Origin: Toensbergia leucococca
Lineage: Eukaryota
Assembly (NCBI GenBank): GCA_022813965.1
Contig: JALDZS010000064.1
Span: forward strand, 1 to 64,000
Direction: 5' to 3'
DNA length: 64,000 nt
Position 1 is the stretch's first letter; every line of letters starts with the position of its first letter. The position numbers and the translations under genes were made by a program. The notes under the pieces were generated by a model. It worked only from the letters and a program-made list of their open reading frames with translations, had not been told where the DNA came from and did no database searches. Positions 62,901 through 64,000 of this stretch are shown piece after piece.

Positions 62901-64000
62901 TGTCAGCCACGATGATTTTCCCATTATCATCCTCAGCAGCAGCACTCTCAAGAGAAGCGTGTTCGACTTTAAGACCCAGACCGATCAGAGCTTTCGAGAT
63001 GTTGGCTGATAGTGCAATACTTGCATCCGATGGATTTGGCGCGTCAATCACCACTACCTCTTTAAAGGGGAGTATCAAAGATTTTGGCTTAGTTGTTACC
63101 ATCATGGACGAGCAATGAATGTGATCATCAGGAGTGTCTTTGATCACAATGTCAAGTCCAGTGAAGCCTGAAGCGACTAGGTGTTGCTTCCACCCATCTT
63201 CATCAAGTAAAGGCCCGCTGACGCGGTCATCTTCAGATAGCTTCCAGCCAGGAAGACTTCCCAAAACGAAAGTGATTCGGTCCAAAGCATGCGTGAACTC
63301 GGCGAGCACAAGCTTACCGCCAGGCTTGAGAAGCTTGTAGCAATGTCGCAGACTTTCATCCAGATTTTCGGTTCCGTGAAGTACCTTTGAGAATATCATA
63401 ATCAGATGTGGTCTTGAACACGAAGATTGAATTGATCTTAACTTACATTCGCGGCAATTATAACTTCGAAAGACTCTTCCTCGAAGCCCTGATCAATGGG
63501 GTCCATCTCAATGTCGAGTTTCTTGTACTGGACATGGGCTTGCCAATCTTTGAGCAGTTTCTGTGCGCTTTCAAAACAGCCGGGATTACTATCGGTGAAG
63601 ACATACTCCTTGAAGCAAGCTGTAGCGCCATAACGCCCACCGAGGGTTTGGAGGGCTGGTAGAGTAGTAGAACCGGTGCCGGCACCAATCTCAAGGATCT
63701 TGTAGTCGGGCCGCTTGTGTCCTTGCAGCTCAAGCCACTTTGTCACCATGCTGATAGAAGAATCGTTGGCATAGTAATCGAAGAGCATGTTGTCTTCCAT
63801 CATGACAGGTAACGGAGGGATGCTTCCATCCAAGATCCCTGGTAGATTCTCGCCAACAGCACATATCAGTCGACCGTCGATATGAGCCTTAGAAATATCA
63901 GCTAGGAAGGTTTCATCGTCCTGATCGCTGGCGTTCGGTGAATCATTAATGCCGTCAGCAACGCGCCGGCGCATCCATCGAATGTATGAAGCTAGATGGG
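59976..64000 (-). CDS. Highly reducing iterative type I PKS, 3' part (CMeT-ER-KR-ACP)
   Basis: CMeT ILEIGAGTG, ER LIHSAAG|GLG, KR GGSGGIG and YAAGN, ACP GVDSLVA; KS/AT/DH would lie beyond the right edge. Confidence 0.96.

Overview
Fungal (Pezizomycotina-type, intron-containing) genomic window. Left arm (1-21.4 kb): partial HbrB/Bit61-like gene, a SesB-lipase/NB-ARC/TPR fungal NLR with an in-frame stop, Gon7, Vps39/Vam6, a peroxisomal ABCD transporter, dynactin p150 and PFK-2/FBPase-2. Middle (22-40 kb): ORF-poor mosaic of short duplications and host-gene fragments (Zn2Cys6 TF, CDC42). It ends in the most striking feature, an array at about 36.9-39.2 kb of duplicated non-coding exon/intron cassettes. 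Each intron carries a box C/D snoRNA-like RNA with a different guide (18S, 25S and possibly U2 complementarity). Each cassette also carries a second, antisense box C/D (K-turn) hairpin overlapping the exon and 5' splice site. Right arm: alpha/beta hydrolase, SprT-like protein, Pex14/17, Ies2, histidine acid phosphatase, Bna3, Mgs1, a disrupted ankyrin gene, an intronless S66/MccF-like peptidase with a foldback element in its promoter, and the 3' part of a highly reducing PKS. All calls come from reading the sequence by eye. rRNA/snRNA target sequences were recalled from memory, not searched.
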